A DNA stretch of 64,000 nucleotides from Ardenticatenales bacterium. Lineage in GTDB: Bacteria; Chloroflexota; Anaerolineae; Epilineales; Epilineaceae. Location of the stretch: assembly GCA_020853525.1 (NCBI GenBank), contig JADYYS010000005.1:55262-119261 (forward strand), read 5' to 3'. Positions 27,756 to 38,159 of this stretch are shown here, piece by piece (positions within the stretch are counted from its first letter, which is position 1; the number at the start of each line of letters is the position of its first letter). Under the pieces are notes generated by a model that was given only the letters and a program-made list of their open reading frames with translations, did not search any database and was not told where the DNA came from. The translations under genes and the position numbers were made by a program.

Positions 27756-28489
27756 TCCTGCCGCGTTGCGGCGCCGTGCCGCCGTTGCGCGGCGTGCTGC
27801 TCGATGCCGGCCAGACCCTCATTCGCGAGCTGACGCCACCGGGCACCGTGGCCGCCGAAGCCGCGGCCGCCGTCGGTGTCGACGTGCCCGATGCCATGCT
27901 GGCCGAGGCGATGGCCTCGGCCTCGGCCGACATGGCCGGGCGCTGGCACCGCGGCCCGTTCTGGCACAGTGAGGCCAACGTGCGGCGGTTGTTCACGGGC
28001 GCCTATGCCGACGCACTCGCGCGCCTCAACGGGACGGCCGCGGTCGACCCGCGCTGGACCGCGTTGGCCGACGCGATCTACGAAGCCTACGGCCATGCCC
28101 GGCATTGGCAGTTGTTCGAGGACGTCCCCGAACTGCTGGAAGCGCTGGTTCGGGCCGGCATTCCGGTCGCCGTGGTCTCCGACTGGGGCCACGGCCTCGA
28201 GGCGATCCTGCTGGACCTGGCCCTCGGCCATCACCTCCACTCGATCGTCGTATCGTCACGCGTCGGGATCGCCAAGCCGGAGCCCGAGCTCTTCGCGATG
28301 GCCCTCCAACGGCTTGGCATCGACGCGGCTGGTGCCGTGCACGTCGGCGACACGTATGTCAAGGACGTCGTCGGCGCCCGTGCGGCCGGCATCGCCGCGG
28401 TGCTCATCGACCGGGAGCGTCGGCACGAACGCCTGGACTGCACGGTGGTCCATGACCTGCGGGAGCTGATCGATCTGCTCGCGCTCTGA
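27752..28489 (+). CDS. HAD-superfamily hydrolase, subfamily IA
   Basis: Motif I variant LLDAGQTLI, motif II VVSDW, motif III/IV KPEPELF...HVGDTYVKDVVGARAAGI. TTG 27752 overlaps the upstream stop (TTGA); GTG 27776 is an alternative. Confidence 0.8.
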   Translation: MILPRCGAVPPLRGVLLDAGQTLIRELTPPGTVAAEAAAAVGVDVPDAMLAEAMASASADMAGRWHRGPFWHSEANVRRLFTGAYADALARLNGTAAVDPRWTALADAIYEAYGHARHWQLFEDVPELLEALVRAGIPVAVVSDWGHGLEAILLDLALGHHLHSIVVSSRVGIAKPEPELFAMALQRLGIDAAGAVHVGDTYVKDVVGARAAGIAAVLIDRERRHERLDCTVVHDLRELIDLLAL

Positions 28490-28547
28490 CGCTCTGGTGC
28501 TCTGACTCTCCGATGCCGCTTGCCGCGCCGGTCGGCTTCGAGCAACT

Positions 28548-31500
28548 TCACCTGCGGCAGCGCAGCGCCTCGAACACGGCATCGAAGGCGCCGTCGATGG
28601 CGGCGACGTCCACGGCGCGCACGAGCCCGCTCTCCGGACGCACGATCCGCCCCAGCAGCGCGAGATCGGCATCCTCCCCCAGCGCGATCGCGTACAGGGC
28701 GCTACCGCGACCGGTGAGGGCGTCGGCCGCCGCCGTCACGTCGGACGCCGGCGCCGAAGCGCGTCCGTCCGTCAGGAGCACGACGGCACGGAACGCGTCC
28801 GAGCGGGCCTCATCCGCCAGCATCCGATCCGCCGCGACCAACGCCCGGTCGATCCGCGTTCCCGGCGCCGCGGTGACCTCCGCCAAGCCGCGCGCGATGT
28901 CGGCTTCGTCCGCGGTCAGGTGGACATGCACGCGCGCTTCCTCGGCGAACGCGACGAGCCCGGCACGCGCGCCGCTGCCCGCCAAACGCGCGGCAAAGCT
29001 GCGGACCGCCGCCTTCGCGACGTCGAGCTTCGTGCCTGATCCCGGCAGCGCCGCCTCGCCCATGCTGCGCGATGCGTCGAGCACGAGGACGACGTCCCCG
29101 GGCGGAGGTCGGACGCACGCGCCGACGAAGCCGATCGGCAGGTAGGCCCGGCGCGAGAGAGAGGCGCGGTCCCAGACCTTCACCATCGGCACCGGGAAGG
29201 CAAGGTCCTGCCCCCAGCCCGTGCCGTCCTGCCCCGTCACGCGCGCTGCGACGTTCGTCCGACGGAGTCCCGAGGTCGTCGGCCGGACGGCATAGCGCAG
29301 CTGGACGGTTGCCGTCAGCGGCACGACCGACAGGTGCCACGTCAATCGGCGCTCGCTCTCGTCCCACGTTGCGGGCGGTTGGGCCGAGCCCTCGATGAAG
29401 ACCATGTCGGCCGGCAGCGTGTCGGTGACGACGGCCGGCGCCAGGAGATGGGGTGCCGGCGCCTCTGCCGCGATCACGCCGGCCAGCACCGCCGCGCCTG
29501 CTGCGTCCGGGTCGACGAACACATGCCCGTCCCCGACGAGGCCGGCGAGCGCCCGCGTGTGCTGAAACGTGTAGGAGCGCAGCGGCACGGCCAACGCGTA
29601 GAGCGGGACGCCGCGGTCGGCGAGCGCGCGGGCGGCCGTCTGCGGGTAGTCCTTCAGCTCGCCGTCCGTCACGATGAGCACGACGGTGCGTGCCGCGTTC
29701 GAATCGCGCACGATCTGGTCGGCGGCGGCGAGCGCTCCCGCCAGGCGCGTGTCGCCGCCGGCCGAAAGGGCCGTGACGGCCCGTGCGATGCGCGAAAGGT
29801 CGGCGGTCAACGGCTCGACCACCCGGCCGTCATCGGCATACGTGACGAGCGCGACGCGCACACTGCGGCCGTCCAGTGCGGCCAGCACCCCGATGACGGC
29901 CTTCCGCGCGCGCTCCACGGCACCGTCCCAGCTCATCGAACGCGACGTGTCGACGGCGAGCACGACGTCCGTCTCGGATCGGCGGGCCGGGCACGTGCCG
30001 CCGGCGGTGAGCGTGACGGTCACCGCCTCGCCGCGCCGAACCACCGCCGGAGCGGCCCGCTTGTCCGTCGCGATCAGGCACGCCGTCGGCGGCGAGGCGA
30101 CCGCCGGCTCGATTCCGTCCGGGGCGAACACCCAGACGCCGCCCTGCACGATCCGCCGTCCTTCCGGAGCGTCGCCCGGCGCAGGCGGCGCGTCGCGCAG
30201 GAACGAAACCGCCACGCGCCCGTCGGGCAGGACGGCGATGTCCGTGGCGGCGCTCGGCAGCGGCAGGCGCCAGCGGGCAGCGAGCCGGCCGTCGGGCGCA
30301 TAGCGCAGGCCCCAGCCGTGGCGGCCGAGGACGAAGACGTCCTGGCCGGCGCCGGGCGCGTGCGCCACGGCAAGCGCCATCGGGGTATCGTGCACCGCAA
30401 ACCCGTGCACGAGACGGCCGGTCAGGTCTGCGACGACGATGCGGCGGCCGCCGGCATCGGCCAGGTAGGCCACATCGTCGCCGAGGGCGATGTCCACCGG
30501 CAGGTTGCCCAGCAGCGACTCCGTCGACCATCCGATGGCGGCGGATGCGACGTCGTCCGTGGCCGCCGCGGCGCGATCCAGGTCGACGAGGAGGACGCTC
30601 GACCGGCCGACATCCAGGATCGCCAGGCGATCGGCATGGGCGTCGAGGGCGGCGAGGTGGGGCGTGCTCGGTGGGGTCGACGGCGCAAGCGGAGCTGTCG
30701 GCTCGATCGCCCCGAGCCAGAGCTGCCACGCCGGCAGCGACCCGGATGCGCCAATACGGCTGGCCGTGACGAGCTCGGGCGCGCCCTCGAAGACCCATTC
30801 GCGGCGCGATGCGAGATCGATGGCCCAGCGGGCGTCGGACGGCGTCTCGAACCAAACCTGATCGTCGCCGCACACACCGACCTGTCGGATCGGCGCGCCG
30901 TGGTCGCCGAGGCGGAGGATGGATTGCGGCTCGGCGCCGGCGCGCCCGTACGAAACGGGCGCGCGACCCGGGCCGGACACGGCGTCGAAGCGCCCCTGCA
31001 GCACGTCGAGGTCGCGATCCGCCGCGATGCGGATCGGCGCCAGAGGGCCGGCCAGGGCGGGCCGATCGAGCGATCCATGCAGCGCCGGCGGCGGACCGCC
31101 CGGTGCTGCCGAGAGGTCGACGATCCCCTGAAAGGAGCAGTGCGCGAGCGCAGCGACGAGCGTGCGATCCGGCCCGGCGGTCAGTGCGAGCTGGCGGCCG
31201 AAGTACGGCAGACTGAGCGCGCCGGCCGGAGCCGTCCAGATCGGCTCGCGGTCGCCGAGTGCGAACACGTCCGCCTGACGCGACACGAAGACGCGCTCGC
31301 CGACGGCGACGTCGTCCGCGGCGTCGAACGGCGTCGTGCGCCGCCAGACGAAGGCGGCATCGAACGTGACGACACCCTCGACGGCACTCGGTTCGCCGGC
31401 CTGCGCGGGGCGCGCACGGCTGACGGACGGACGCTGTGTCGGTTCGGGTCCGGGGTCCGTTCCGGCAGGCAGCGGCAGCCAGTTCACCACATGCACATCG

Positions 31501-32225
31501 CCGTTGGGCGCGACATCGAGCGCCATCGGCAGATGGAGGACCGGCCGCTCGATGACGTCGCTCGGCACACCGCCCGCCGTGAAGACGTCCAGCCCACCCG
31601 GCAGGCGCGGCACCGGGCCGCGCACGGGCGTCGGCGGCACGCGCGGCCGGGTGCGGGCGAGGACGACGCGGCCGTCCCGCAGCAGGCCGACATCGCGGTA
31701 GGCGCCGTCGGTCTCGAACCGGTGTGCCACAGCGCCGGACGGCGCGAGCACGACGACGAGGGAGCGCCGCTGGCCGCCGTCCGTCTCGCGGACGCACAGG
31801 AGCGCGATGTCGCCCGTCCCATGCCGGACGGCCAGTCGCTGCGGCAGCCAGCCGTCGGCCGGCGGGACGCCGTGCTCGCCGAGCGGCCAGACGCTCACCG
31901 GCGTGCCGTCGGGCCGCAGTCGATGCAGCGCCGACTGCTGCCCATCGAGGACGAGTCGGTCCCCGCCCGGGGCCAGCGCCACATCGACGACCTGGGCGAA
32001 CGCGCCGGCGCGCAGCTGCCATGGGTGATCCGACCATGTTGCCGCAAGGCGATAGGTGATCGCTTCGTCCGCCGCCTGTCCGCGCGCCGCCTGTCCGCGC
32101 GCCGCCTGTCCGCGCGCCGCCTGTCCGCGCGCCTCATTGCCGACGCCCGCACACGCGCCGAGGACAAGAACCGCGGCCACTTGCCGGGCGGCTCGCAGTC
32201 CGGCAGCGCGACGATGGGCCGTCAC
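28548..32225 (-). CDS. Large lipoprotein: NHL/beta-propeller-like N-terminal region + vWA - beta-sandwich (DUF11-like) - vWA
   Basis: GTG 32225 is in frame. Signal plus lipobox-like VLVLGAC. (ARGQA)x4 tether. Propeller-like repeats (DVALAPGGDRLVLDG, LDVAPNGDVHVVN). Two vWA domains with MIDAS DxSxS (VLAVDTSRSM, VLVLDASRSM). The upstream 106 codons of the track ORF are rejected. Confidence 0.7.
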   Translation of the reverse strand: MTAHRRAAGLRAARQVAAVLVLGACAGVGNEARGQAARGQAARGQAARGQAADEAITYRLAATWSDHPWQLRAGAFAQVVDVALAPGGDRLVLDGQQSALHRLRPDGTPVSVWPLGEHGVPPADGWLPQRLAVRHGTGDIALLCVRETDGGQRRSLVVVLAPSGAVAHRFETDGAYRDVGLLRDGRVVLARTRPRVPPTPVRGPVPRLPGGLDVFTAGGVPSDVIERPVLHLPMALDVAPNGDVHVVNWLPLPAGTDPGPEPTQRPSVSRARPAQAGEPSAVEGVVTFDAAFVWRRTTPFDAADDVAVGERVFVSRQADVFALGDREPIWTAPAGALSLPYFGRQLALTAGPDRTLVAALAHCSFQGIVDLSAAPGGPPPALHGSLDRPALAGPLAPIRIAADRDLDVLQGRFDAVSGPGRAPVSYGRAGAEPQSILRLGDHGAPIRQVGVCGDDQVWFETPSDARWAIDLASRREWVFEGAPELVTASRIGASGSLPAWQLWLGAIEPTAPLAPSTPPSTPHLAALDAHADRLAILDVGRSSVLLVDLDRAAAATDDVASAAIGWSTESLLGNLPVDIALGDDVAYLADAGGRRIVVADLTGRLVHGFAVHDTPMALAVAHAPGAGQDVFVLGRHGWGLRYAPDGRLAARWRLPLPSAATDIAVLPDGRVAVSFLRDAPPAPGDAPEGRRIVQGGVWVFAPDGIEPAVASPPTACLIATDKRAAPAVVRRGEAVTVTLTAGGTCPARRSETDVVLAVDTSRSMSWDGAVERARKAVIGVLAALDGRSVRVALVTYADDGRVVEPLTADLSRIARAVTALSAGGDTRLAGALAAADQIVRDSNAARTVVLIVTDGELKDYPQTAARALADRGVPLYALAVPLRSYTFQHTRALAGLVGDGHVFVDPDAAGAAVLAGVIAAEAPAPHLLAPAVVTDTLPADMVFIEGSAQPPATWDESERRLTWHLSVVPLTATVQLRYAVRPTTSGLRRTNVAARVTGQDGTGWGQDLAFPVPMVKVWDRASLSRRAYLPIGFVGACVRPPPGDVVLVLDASRSMGEAALPGSGTKLDVAKAAVRSFAARLAGSGARAGLVAFAEEARVHVHLTADEADIARGLAEVTAAPGTRIDRALVAADRMLADEARSDAFRAVVLLTDGRASAPASDVTAAADALTGRGSALYAIALGEDADLALLGRIVRPESGLVRAVDVAAIDGAFDAVFEALRCRR
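32071..32130 (-). repeat. Perfect 4 x 15-nt in-frame tandem repeat (gccgcctgtccgcgc) encoding (ARGQA)4
   Basis: Read directly. It lies just after the predicted lipobox cysteine of the 1225-aa vWA lipoprotein. Confidence 0.95.
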
Positions 32226-32346
32226 GATCCGGCCACCGAATCGGCGGCCACTTCGGTCCGGCCGGTCGGATTCGGCCGGCGGCGGATCGGCCGGACGCGC
32301 GGCCTGCGCGCCCGGCCGATCCGCCGCCGGCCTGGCTGCGACCTCG

Positions 32347-34113
32347 CTAGCGCCTTTCCGCCCACGGGATGAACCGGCGCACGACGGGCAGCGGCGGCGG
32401 GGGCGGATCGGTGGGCGGCACCGGGACGGTCGGCGGCACGGTCGGGAGGACCGGCGTGAGCGTCGGGGCGCCCGGCGTGGGCGGGCAGACGTTGGCGAGC
32501 GGCGTGAAGTTGCCGCCCAATTCGACGTACATCGTGATGACATCGCCGCCGAGCGCGATCGCCCGGTAGCCGCCCGGCTCGGCGACCTTGCGCAGCACGC
32601 CGTGCTGCACGATCGGGCCGATGCCGATCGCGTAGTGGTGGAAGCCCCTCGACCGCAGGTTCTTGGCGTGCTCGATCGCCCGGTTCGGGGCCGGCATCAT
32701 CGGACCGTCGGTGACGGAGACCGTGATCTTCGTCGTTTCGGGGCGGCTGCGCGCGCTGGACAGTTCACGGCGGACCTCCTGGAAGCCGAGGTCGAGGCGG
32801 GCCGCCTGATCCTGCATCGCCACCCGGCGCACGCCGTCGACGATGGCGGCCTTGTCATGGGTCAACGGCTGATAGAGCGTCGCGATGCTGCCGAAGCCGA
32901 TGACCGCCGCGGTGTCCTGGCCCATGTCCATCATGTCCAGCACGCGCGAGACGCCTTGCGCGATCGCTTCCTTCGAGTCCAGGCCCGAGAGCGACGCACC
33001 GAGCAGGCACGTGCTGTCGTCCACGAGGAAGTAGACCTCGAGCGGCCGCCGCGGGCACCCGCCCGGCACGATCACGCGCGGCACCGGGAAAAACTCGCTG
33101 CCCCGCAGGCCCTTGCGGTCGAAGAAGATGCCCTCGGCGATGACGTTCGTCGGGTGCTCGCCGGGCTCCTGTGGTTCGAGGAGGTAGCTCAGACCCGGCT
33201 CCGGTATGTCCCCGGGGAACTGCCACGTCAGCACGGTCCGAAGTGAGCCGGTCTCGGTCGACACGACGGCCGGCGGCACGGACGATCCGTCGATGTAGCG
33301 CATGTTGCTCGGCACGATGTCGTACACCGTCAGCGATACGACCGCGTTCTTTTGAAGCTCGGTCGCCAGCGTGACGAAGAGGGCCTCGAGGTCGGCCGGG
33401 TTCGGTACGTTGAAGTAGTAGCTCGGTTCGCTCGCCGCCGGCAGCAGATCCGGATCGCACTGGCCGCCGGCGCAGACGGTGACGACGACGATCCCGGCGT
33501 CCTTGGCCCGCTGCGCCGCCACCGGGATGGGATCGGCCGGAACGGTGTTCTTCCCGTCCGTCAGCACGATCATCGCCGTCTTCACGCCCGGCCGGGCCTC
33601 GGCGACGATGTGCGCACGCGCGACATCGATCGCCTGCGAGACGTTCGTCTTGCCGCTCGTGATCTCGACGTCAAGCCCGACCGCCACTCGGCTGCGGTCG
33701 AACGTCAACGGCACGGCGACGCCCGCATCCTGGTTGAACTTCACGAGGCCGACGCGCGACGTGTTCGTCATGGCGGCGACGAACGCGATGCCGGCCTCCC
33801 TGGCCCGTCGGATCTTGTCGTTGTCGCCCATCGACGCCGACACGTCGAGCACCATCATGACGTCGATCGGCGCCTTCTCCTGCGGGCACGCCGATTTCAG
33901 CGTGAGCGTCACCCGCGTCGTCTGGCCGAGCTCGAGGACCGTCGGCGCCGCCCACTTGTCCACCTCGGCCGTGCACGCGCTGGCTTCAACGAGGTCGGCG
34001 CGCGCGCCGTGGCGCATCGCCAGACCGCCGAGCGCGCCGGCGGCCGCGAGGCAGAGCCCTGCCGCCGCGGCGGCCAGCGGCCGACCCGTCCGAAATCGCT
34101 TGATCACGCCCAT
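32347..34113 (-). CDS. Secreted double-vWA protein (vWA - DUF11-like beta-sandwich - degenerate vWA) with a Pro-rich C-terminus
   Basis: N-terminal signal. vWA 1 has MIDAS VLDVSASMG. LTVYDIVPSNMRYIDGS...LTWQF resembles a DUF11-type fold. vWA 2 is degenerate (FLVDDSTC). Pro-rich tail ending RRFIPWAERR. Confidence 0.75.
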   Translation of the reverse strand: MGVIKRFRTGRPLAAAAAGLCLAAAGALGGLAMRHGARADLVEASACTAEVDKWAAPTVLELGQTTRVTLTLKSACPQEKAPIDVMMVLDVSASMGDNDKIRRAREAGIAFVAAMTNTSRVGLVKFNQDAGVAVPLTFDRSRVAVGLDVEITSGKTNVSQAIDVARAHIVAEARPGVKTAMIVLTDGKNTVPADPIPVAAQRAKDAGIVVVTVCAGGQCDPDLLPAASEPSYYFNVPNPADLEALFVTLATELQKNAVVSLTVYDIVPSNMRYIDGSSVPPAVVSTETGSLRTVLTWQFPGDIPEPGLSYLLEPQEPGEHPTNVIAEGIFFDRKGLRGSEFFPVPRVIVPGGCPRRPLEVYFLVDDSTCLLGASLSGLDSKEAIAQGVSRVLDMMDMGQDTAAVIGFGSIATLYQPLTHDKAAIVDGVRRVAMQDQAARLDLGFQEVRRELSSARSRPETTKITVSVTDGPMMPAPNRAIEHAKNLRSRGFHHYAIGIGPIVQHGVLRKVAEPGGYRAIALGGDVITMYVELGGNFTPLANVCPPTPGAPTLTPVLPTVPPTVPVPPTDPPPPPLPVVRRFIPWAERR

Positions 34114-34171
34114 TCGTGCCTCCGTCTGCGATGGTCCAAGCGCGCCGAGGTCGTCACCCGGAGCGCGGGGG

Positions 34172-36277
34172 TCAGTACCCGGTCCGTGCGGAACGCTCGT
34201 TCAAACGCCTCGATCGGCCCGTCCCCACGTCGTCGCGGAGCGAGTACTGGTGGCTATGACGCTTAACACCGCCAAAATGGGTCATGGCATGTTCCGCCGG
34301 CGGCTCGCGGCCGCTTGCCGCGGTCGGGGGCTCGCGCTCGAAGATCGCCACGCCGCCCTGTGCGTAAACCTGCCTCAAGTCGGGCTGTTCGCGCAAACGC
34401 GCCGCCGAGAACCCATCCTCGAGGCTCGCCCCGGCACCGACATACGCGTAGTCGGCGCCCGAAGCGGTGAACACGTCCGAGAGCTGCGCCGCGCTGAGCG
34501 CTTCGATGTCGGCGACCGTCCGGCACAGCGCACCGACCTGTCGGACGACCTCGGGGTCGCCGTACGTGTACAACGCCGCCGGCACCGTCGTCTGACGCCC
34601 GGTGAGCAAGGGCAACCAATAGCCGCCGTCGACGCCGCGGTACGTGCCGTACTGCCAGTGCTTCGTGCCGATCACGAATCGCGCCGCCGCGGGCGTGTTG
34701 GCGCGCACCCACGCCATCGCGTCGAGGTCGGCGCGGCGCAGCAGCACGGTGTCGGCACGCACGACGTCCGACTGCTGCGCCGCACCCTGCCACGTCGCGA
34801 GCACGGCGGCGGCAGCTACGACCCACGGCACCACACCCGGCCGCCGCGTGCGGGCCGCCGCCAACCGCCCCGCCCCCTCGGCGAACAGGGCCACACCGAT
34901 GGCCACCGGCATGAACAGGCTGATCGTGAGGGCCGACGGCGGCAGCATCCAGGATCGTGGCAACCCGAAGTACGGGAGGGCAACGGCGAGCGCCGCGAGG
35001 CACAGCCATGCGCCGACACTGGTCGCGGCGGCGTTCCGGCGCAGGAGCGCCCAGACGAGTCCGGCCATGCCCACGGCCAACCACAGCGCGTTCTGGCGCT
35101 CGGTGAGGTGCCACATCTGGATATCGTCCACGCCGGTCGGACCCACGTACCAGTCGGCGGAGGCCTGCTGCAGGTGCCGGATTCCGGGCAGCAGGTGCCG
35201 CCAGAACCACGGCATGACGAGCGCGATCGCCAGCATCGCCGTCGCGGCGAGCCGGACAAATGCCGTGCGCACGGCCGCGCGCATCGCGGCCTCGCGGGGG
35301 CGCAGCGCCAGCCAGCCGACGAGGACGACGGCACCGAGTGCGTAGAAGATCATCACCCGGTAGTGGACCAGCAGGAGCCCCGCGGCGGCCAGGGCGGCGG
35401 CCACGACCCGCCGCAACGGCGTCCGCTGGTTCGGGCGATCGACGGAGCGCATGATCGACTCGGCCAGCGTCAGATCGGCCGGCTCCGGTCGGATCGCATC
35501 GATGAGCAGCATGAGCGCCGCGGGCAGGACCACGAGCCCGGTCAGCTGCGTCTCGCGGCCCCAGCTGAGAAAGTACGCCGGAAAGAAATAGAGGCCCGTC
35601 GGCACCGCGGCCGCCCAGATGCTGGCAGTCGGCGAGACGCCGAGGCGGCGCGCCAACAGCCAGGTCGTCAGGCTGGCCGATGCGTTGATCGTCTGCCCGA
35701 GCCAGAGCACGGCAAGGCGCGCCGGAACGTTCGCGAGGACGGCGACGACGGCGGCGACGGAATGAAAGCCGAAGTGGTAGTAGTAGCCGTCGACCGCAAG
35801 GTAGGGCCGGTAGCTCGTCGGCACGGCGCCGCGGTCGATGAACAGCTGCGCCATGAGGGTGTGGTGGTAGCCGTCGACCCACGGCGCGGCCACGAGGTCG
35901 ACCGCCTGACTTGCCCGCAGCGCCACCGCCGTGGCGAGCACGAGGAGCAGGCCGATGCCCGCCGCCGTGCGCTCATGGCCGGCGCCCGTGCGCCGACGCT
36001 GGAACAGCCGCGCACCCCACACGACCGTGACGGCGGCGCACAGGCCGAGCACCGCAGCCAAGCCCGCCCACGACCATCGGATGCCGGCGGTCGATGCCCA
36101 CAACACGGCGACCGGAATCGTCGCGAGGCTGACGCCGATGGACAGCGCCAAGCGGCCGATCCCGCGCGACGGGTGGCGCAGCAGCGTGAGCACGGCCGAT
36201 CCGGGCAATGTCAGACATGCGCCGACCGCGGCGGCCAAGCGCAGATAGCCCAACGGGTCGGCAGCCAGCTCGTTCAT
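34172..36277 (-). CDS. Polytopic membrane protein (~14 TM) with a C-terminal extracytoplasmic domain; possible GT-C-type glycosyltransferase
   Basis: Hydrophobicity pattern throughout the first ~480 aa. Loop motif APWVDGYHHTLMAQLF...DGYYYHFGFH. Soluble ~200-aa C-terminus. Family assignment is not secure. Confidence 0.5.
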   Translation of the reverse strand: MNELAADPLGYLRLAAAVGACLTLPGSAVLTLLRHPSRGIGRLALSIGVSLATIPVAVLWASTAGIRWSWAGLAAVLGLCAAVTVVWGARLFQRRRTGAGHERTAAGIGLLLVLATAVALRASQAVDLVAAPWVDGYHHTLMAQLFIDRGAVPTSYRPYLAVDGYYYHFGFHSVAAVVAVLANVPARLAVLWLGQTINASASLTTWLLARRLGVSPTASIWAAAVPTGLYFFPAYFLSWGRETQLTGLVVLPAALMLLIDAIRPEPADLTLAESIMRSVDRPNQRTPLRRVVAAALAAAGLLLVHYRVMIFYALGAVVLVGWLALRPREAAMRAAVRTAFVRLAATAMLAIALVMPWFWRHLLPGIRHLQQASADWYVGPTGVDDIQMWHLTERQNALWLAVGMAGLVWALLRRNAAATSVGAWLCLAALAVALPYFGLPRSWMLPPSALTISLFMPVAIGVALFAEGAGRLAAARTRRPGVVPWVVAAAAVLATWQGAAQQSDVVRADTVLLRRADLDAMAWVRANTPAAARFVIGTKHWQYGTYRGVDGGYWLPLLTGRQTTVPAALYTYGDPEVVRQVGALCRTVADIEALSAAQLSDVFTASGADYAYVGAGASLEDGFSAARLREQPDLRQVYAQGGVAIFEREPPTAASGREPPAEHAMTHFGGVKRHSHQYSLRDDVGTGRSRRLNERSARTGY

Positions 36278-36292
36278 CCGCTGGCCGGCGCG

Positions 36293-37141
36293 TTAGGCGC
36301 GCGCGCCGACCAGGCGGTGGTGGACGCCGTGGCGGACGAGGAGCCAGAGCGACACCGCAACGACGGTGAGCACGGCCAGGATCTGGGCGACCGGCACGCC
36401 GGCCGTCGTCCAGGCATCGGGCCGCTGCAACTCGACGAGGTAGCGTCCGACGGGGTACAGGATCAGGTAGGCGAGCGCGACATCGCCCTTGCGCAGCCGC
36501 TCGGGCCACTGCCGCACGATGTAGAGCAGGATGAAGAAGACGAGCAGGTTCCAGAGCGACTCGTAGAGGAACGTCGGGTGGAACCGGACCTCGTCCGGCA
36601 GGCTCGCGAATTGCGGCAGACGATTCTCGGCCGCGATCGGCGTACCCCACGGCATACGCGTCGGCGTGCCGTACAGCTCCTGATTGAACCAGTTGCCCCA
36701 CCGCCCGATCGCCTGGCCGAGCGGCGCACCGAGCGCCGCCATGTCACACCATTCCGGGAACGAGAGGCGCATGAATCGGGTGTACAGCCACAGTCCGAGC
36801 ATGCCGCCGGCGATCGCGCCGTAGATGCCGAGCCCGCGCAAGCCGCCCTTCCAGAAGCTGATGATCGACAGCGGATTCTGGAAGTACTCGTTGCGCACGG
36901 CGGGGTCCACGTTCGCCGGCAGGGAGAACACGTGGTACAGCCGCGCCCCGAGCAGCCCGAGGATCATCATGACGATCAGGGCGTTCCAGATGTGATCGGG
37001 GTTGAGACCCCGTCGTTTGGCCTCGCGGTCGGCGACCGTGGCGCCGGCGAGCGTGCCGAGCGTGATCATGATCCCGTACCAGAAGACCTCGCGGCCCAGG
37101 TAGGGGATGGTGAACGCGACGGGATCGGGCGGCATGGGCAT
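36293..37141 (-). CDS. lgt: Prolipoprotein diacylglyceryl transferase
   Basis: GREVFWYGIMITLG, GARLYHV, GGLRGLGIYGAIAGG, GQAIGRWGNWFNQELYG, HPTFLYESLWN. ATG 37141 is preceded by AGGAGA. Confidence 0.9.
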   Translation of the reverse strand: MPMPPDPVAFTIPYLGREVFWYGIMITLGTLAGATVADREAKRRGLNPDHIWNALIVMMILGLLGARLYHVFSLPANVDPAVRNEYFQNPLSIISFWKGGLRGLGIYGAIAGGMLGLWLYTRFMRLSFPEWCDMAALGAPLGQAIGRWGNWFNQELYGTPTRMPWGTPIAAENRLPQFASLPDEVRFHPTFLYESLWNLLVFFILLYIVRQWPERLRKGDVALAYLILYPVGRYLVELQRPDAWTTAGVPVAQILAVLTVVAVSLWLLVRHGVHHRLVGARA

Positions 37142-37160
37142 ACGACGGCTCTCCTGGGTC

Positions 37161-37877
37161 TTACGGCTGGGTTGGCGTCTCGACCGCGGCGGCAGGCGGC
37201 GGCGCGGCGGGGTTCGGGACATACGTTCGGAGGATCTCGCGCACCCGGATCTCGTTCGCCCGCCAACTGCCGTCCTCGACGCTGATGTTCACCATCGAAA
37301 ACGTCGTGCCGTCGATCTGGAAGAGCGCCAGGCTGTGCATCCCGACGCCGGACGAGCGGGCATACTGGATCTCGATCCGCATCGCCTCGCCCTTGCGCTC
37401 GATGACGGTCTCACGGCTGACCTCGCGGTAGCCGGGTTGGTCCATCCAGCCGGTGACGTCGCGGAGCACCTGGTTGATCGTCGTGCCGAGGCTGCTCGGC
37501 TTCTTCCCGTTGTCCCATTGGGTGATGCTCATGAGCGCATCACCGTTCTCCGGCGCCAGGAACACCGTTCCGACCTTCACGAACGGATTCTTGGCCGGAT
37601 CGAGCGGCTGGCGGCTCTCCAGCCAACCGTCCGGCACCTCGATCTTGAACAGACCGCTCGGATCTTCGAACGGCGACGAAGCGCCGATCAGCACAGGGAC
37701 GGGCTCGAGCTGCGGCTGGATCGGCGGCGCGACCGTCATCTCGATGACCGTCGCGCCATCGCTCGGTGGAGCGCCGGGCGTCACGGTCGGCGGATCGACG
37801 GCGCGGCAGGCCACGGCGAGGAACGGAACGGCAAGAAGGAACAAAGCGCTCGCGGGGCGAACGCGCGGGCCGGGCAT
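37161..37877 (-). CDS. Hypothetical lipoprotein
   Basis: ATG 37877 is 6 nt after GGAG. Signal MPGPRVRPASALFLLAVPFLAVAC (lipobox-like). No recognised catalytic motif. The stop is 19 nt from the lgt start. Confidence 0.55.
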   Translation of the reverse strand: MPGPRVRPASALFLLAVPFLAVACRAVDPPTVTPGAPPSDGATVIEMTVAPPIQPQLEPVPVLIGASSPFEDPSGLFKIEVPDGWLESRQPLDPAKNPFVKVGTVFLAPENGDALMSITQWDNGKKPSSLGTTINQVLRDVTGWMDQPGYREVSRETVIERKGEAMRIEIQYARSSGVGMHSLALFQIDGTTFSMVNISVEDGSWRANEIRVREILRTYVPNPAAPPPAAAVETPTQP

Positions 37878-38159
37878 GTGCATCTCCACAGGCTGGCTTG
37901 GGGGTCTGGCCGGCGCGCGCCGAGGCGCGTTCGAGGCACGACGCCGCCGTGCCGGGCACGACGGCGAGACGTCTGGGAGGGCGGCCGGGCGAGCATAGCA
38001 GAACCGGCCGATTCGGGGAAGATGCCGCGCGGCGCCGGCGCGGCATGCGGGCGTGGTCCGCCGGTGGCGACCGCCGCGTCCGCACGACCGACGCGCGTCG
38101 GCGGAGGCGAGACCGGTCGTCGCGACGGTCCTGGCGCCTGGGCCAGAACTCCGCAACGC

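Noticed and set aside
32226-32543. N-terminal 106-codon extension of the 1331-aa track ORF
   Set aside because: The extension is Arg/Pro/Ser-rich with no signal. An in-frame GTG at 32225, preceded by GGTGG, gives a normal signal peptide plus lipobox. The extension would also nearly abut the upstream gene's stop.
29334-37285. Very long plus-strand ORFs (29334-32372 at 1012 aa; 33479-37285 at 1268 aa) across the vWA/membrane/lgt cluster
   Set aside because: They have no domain logic and extreme Arg/Gly/Asp/Pro composition. The minus strand carries recognisable vWA, Lgt and TM-protein frames with SDs and signal peptides.
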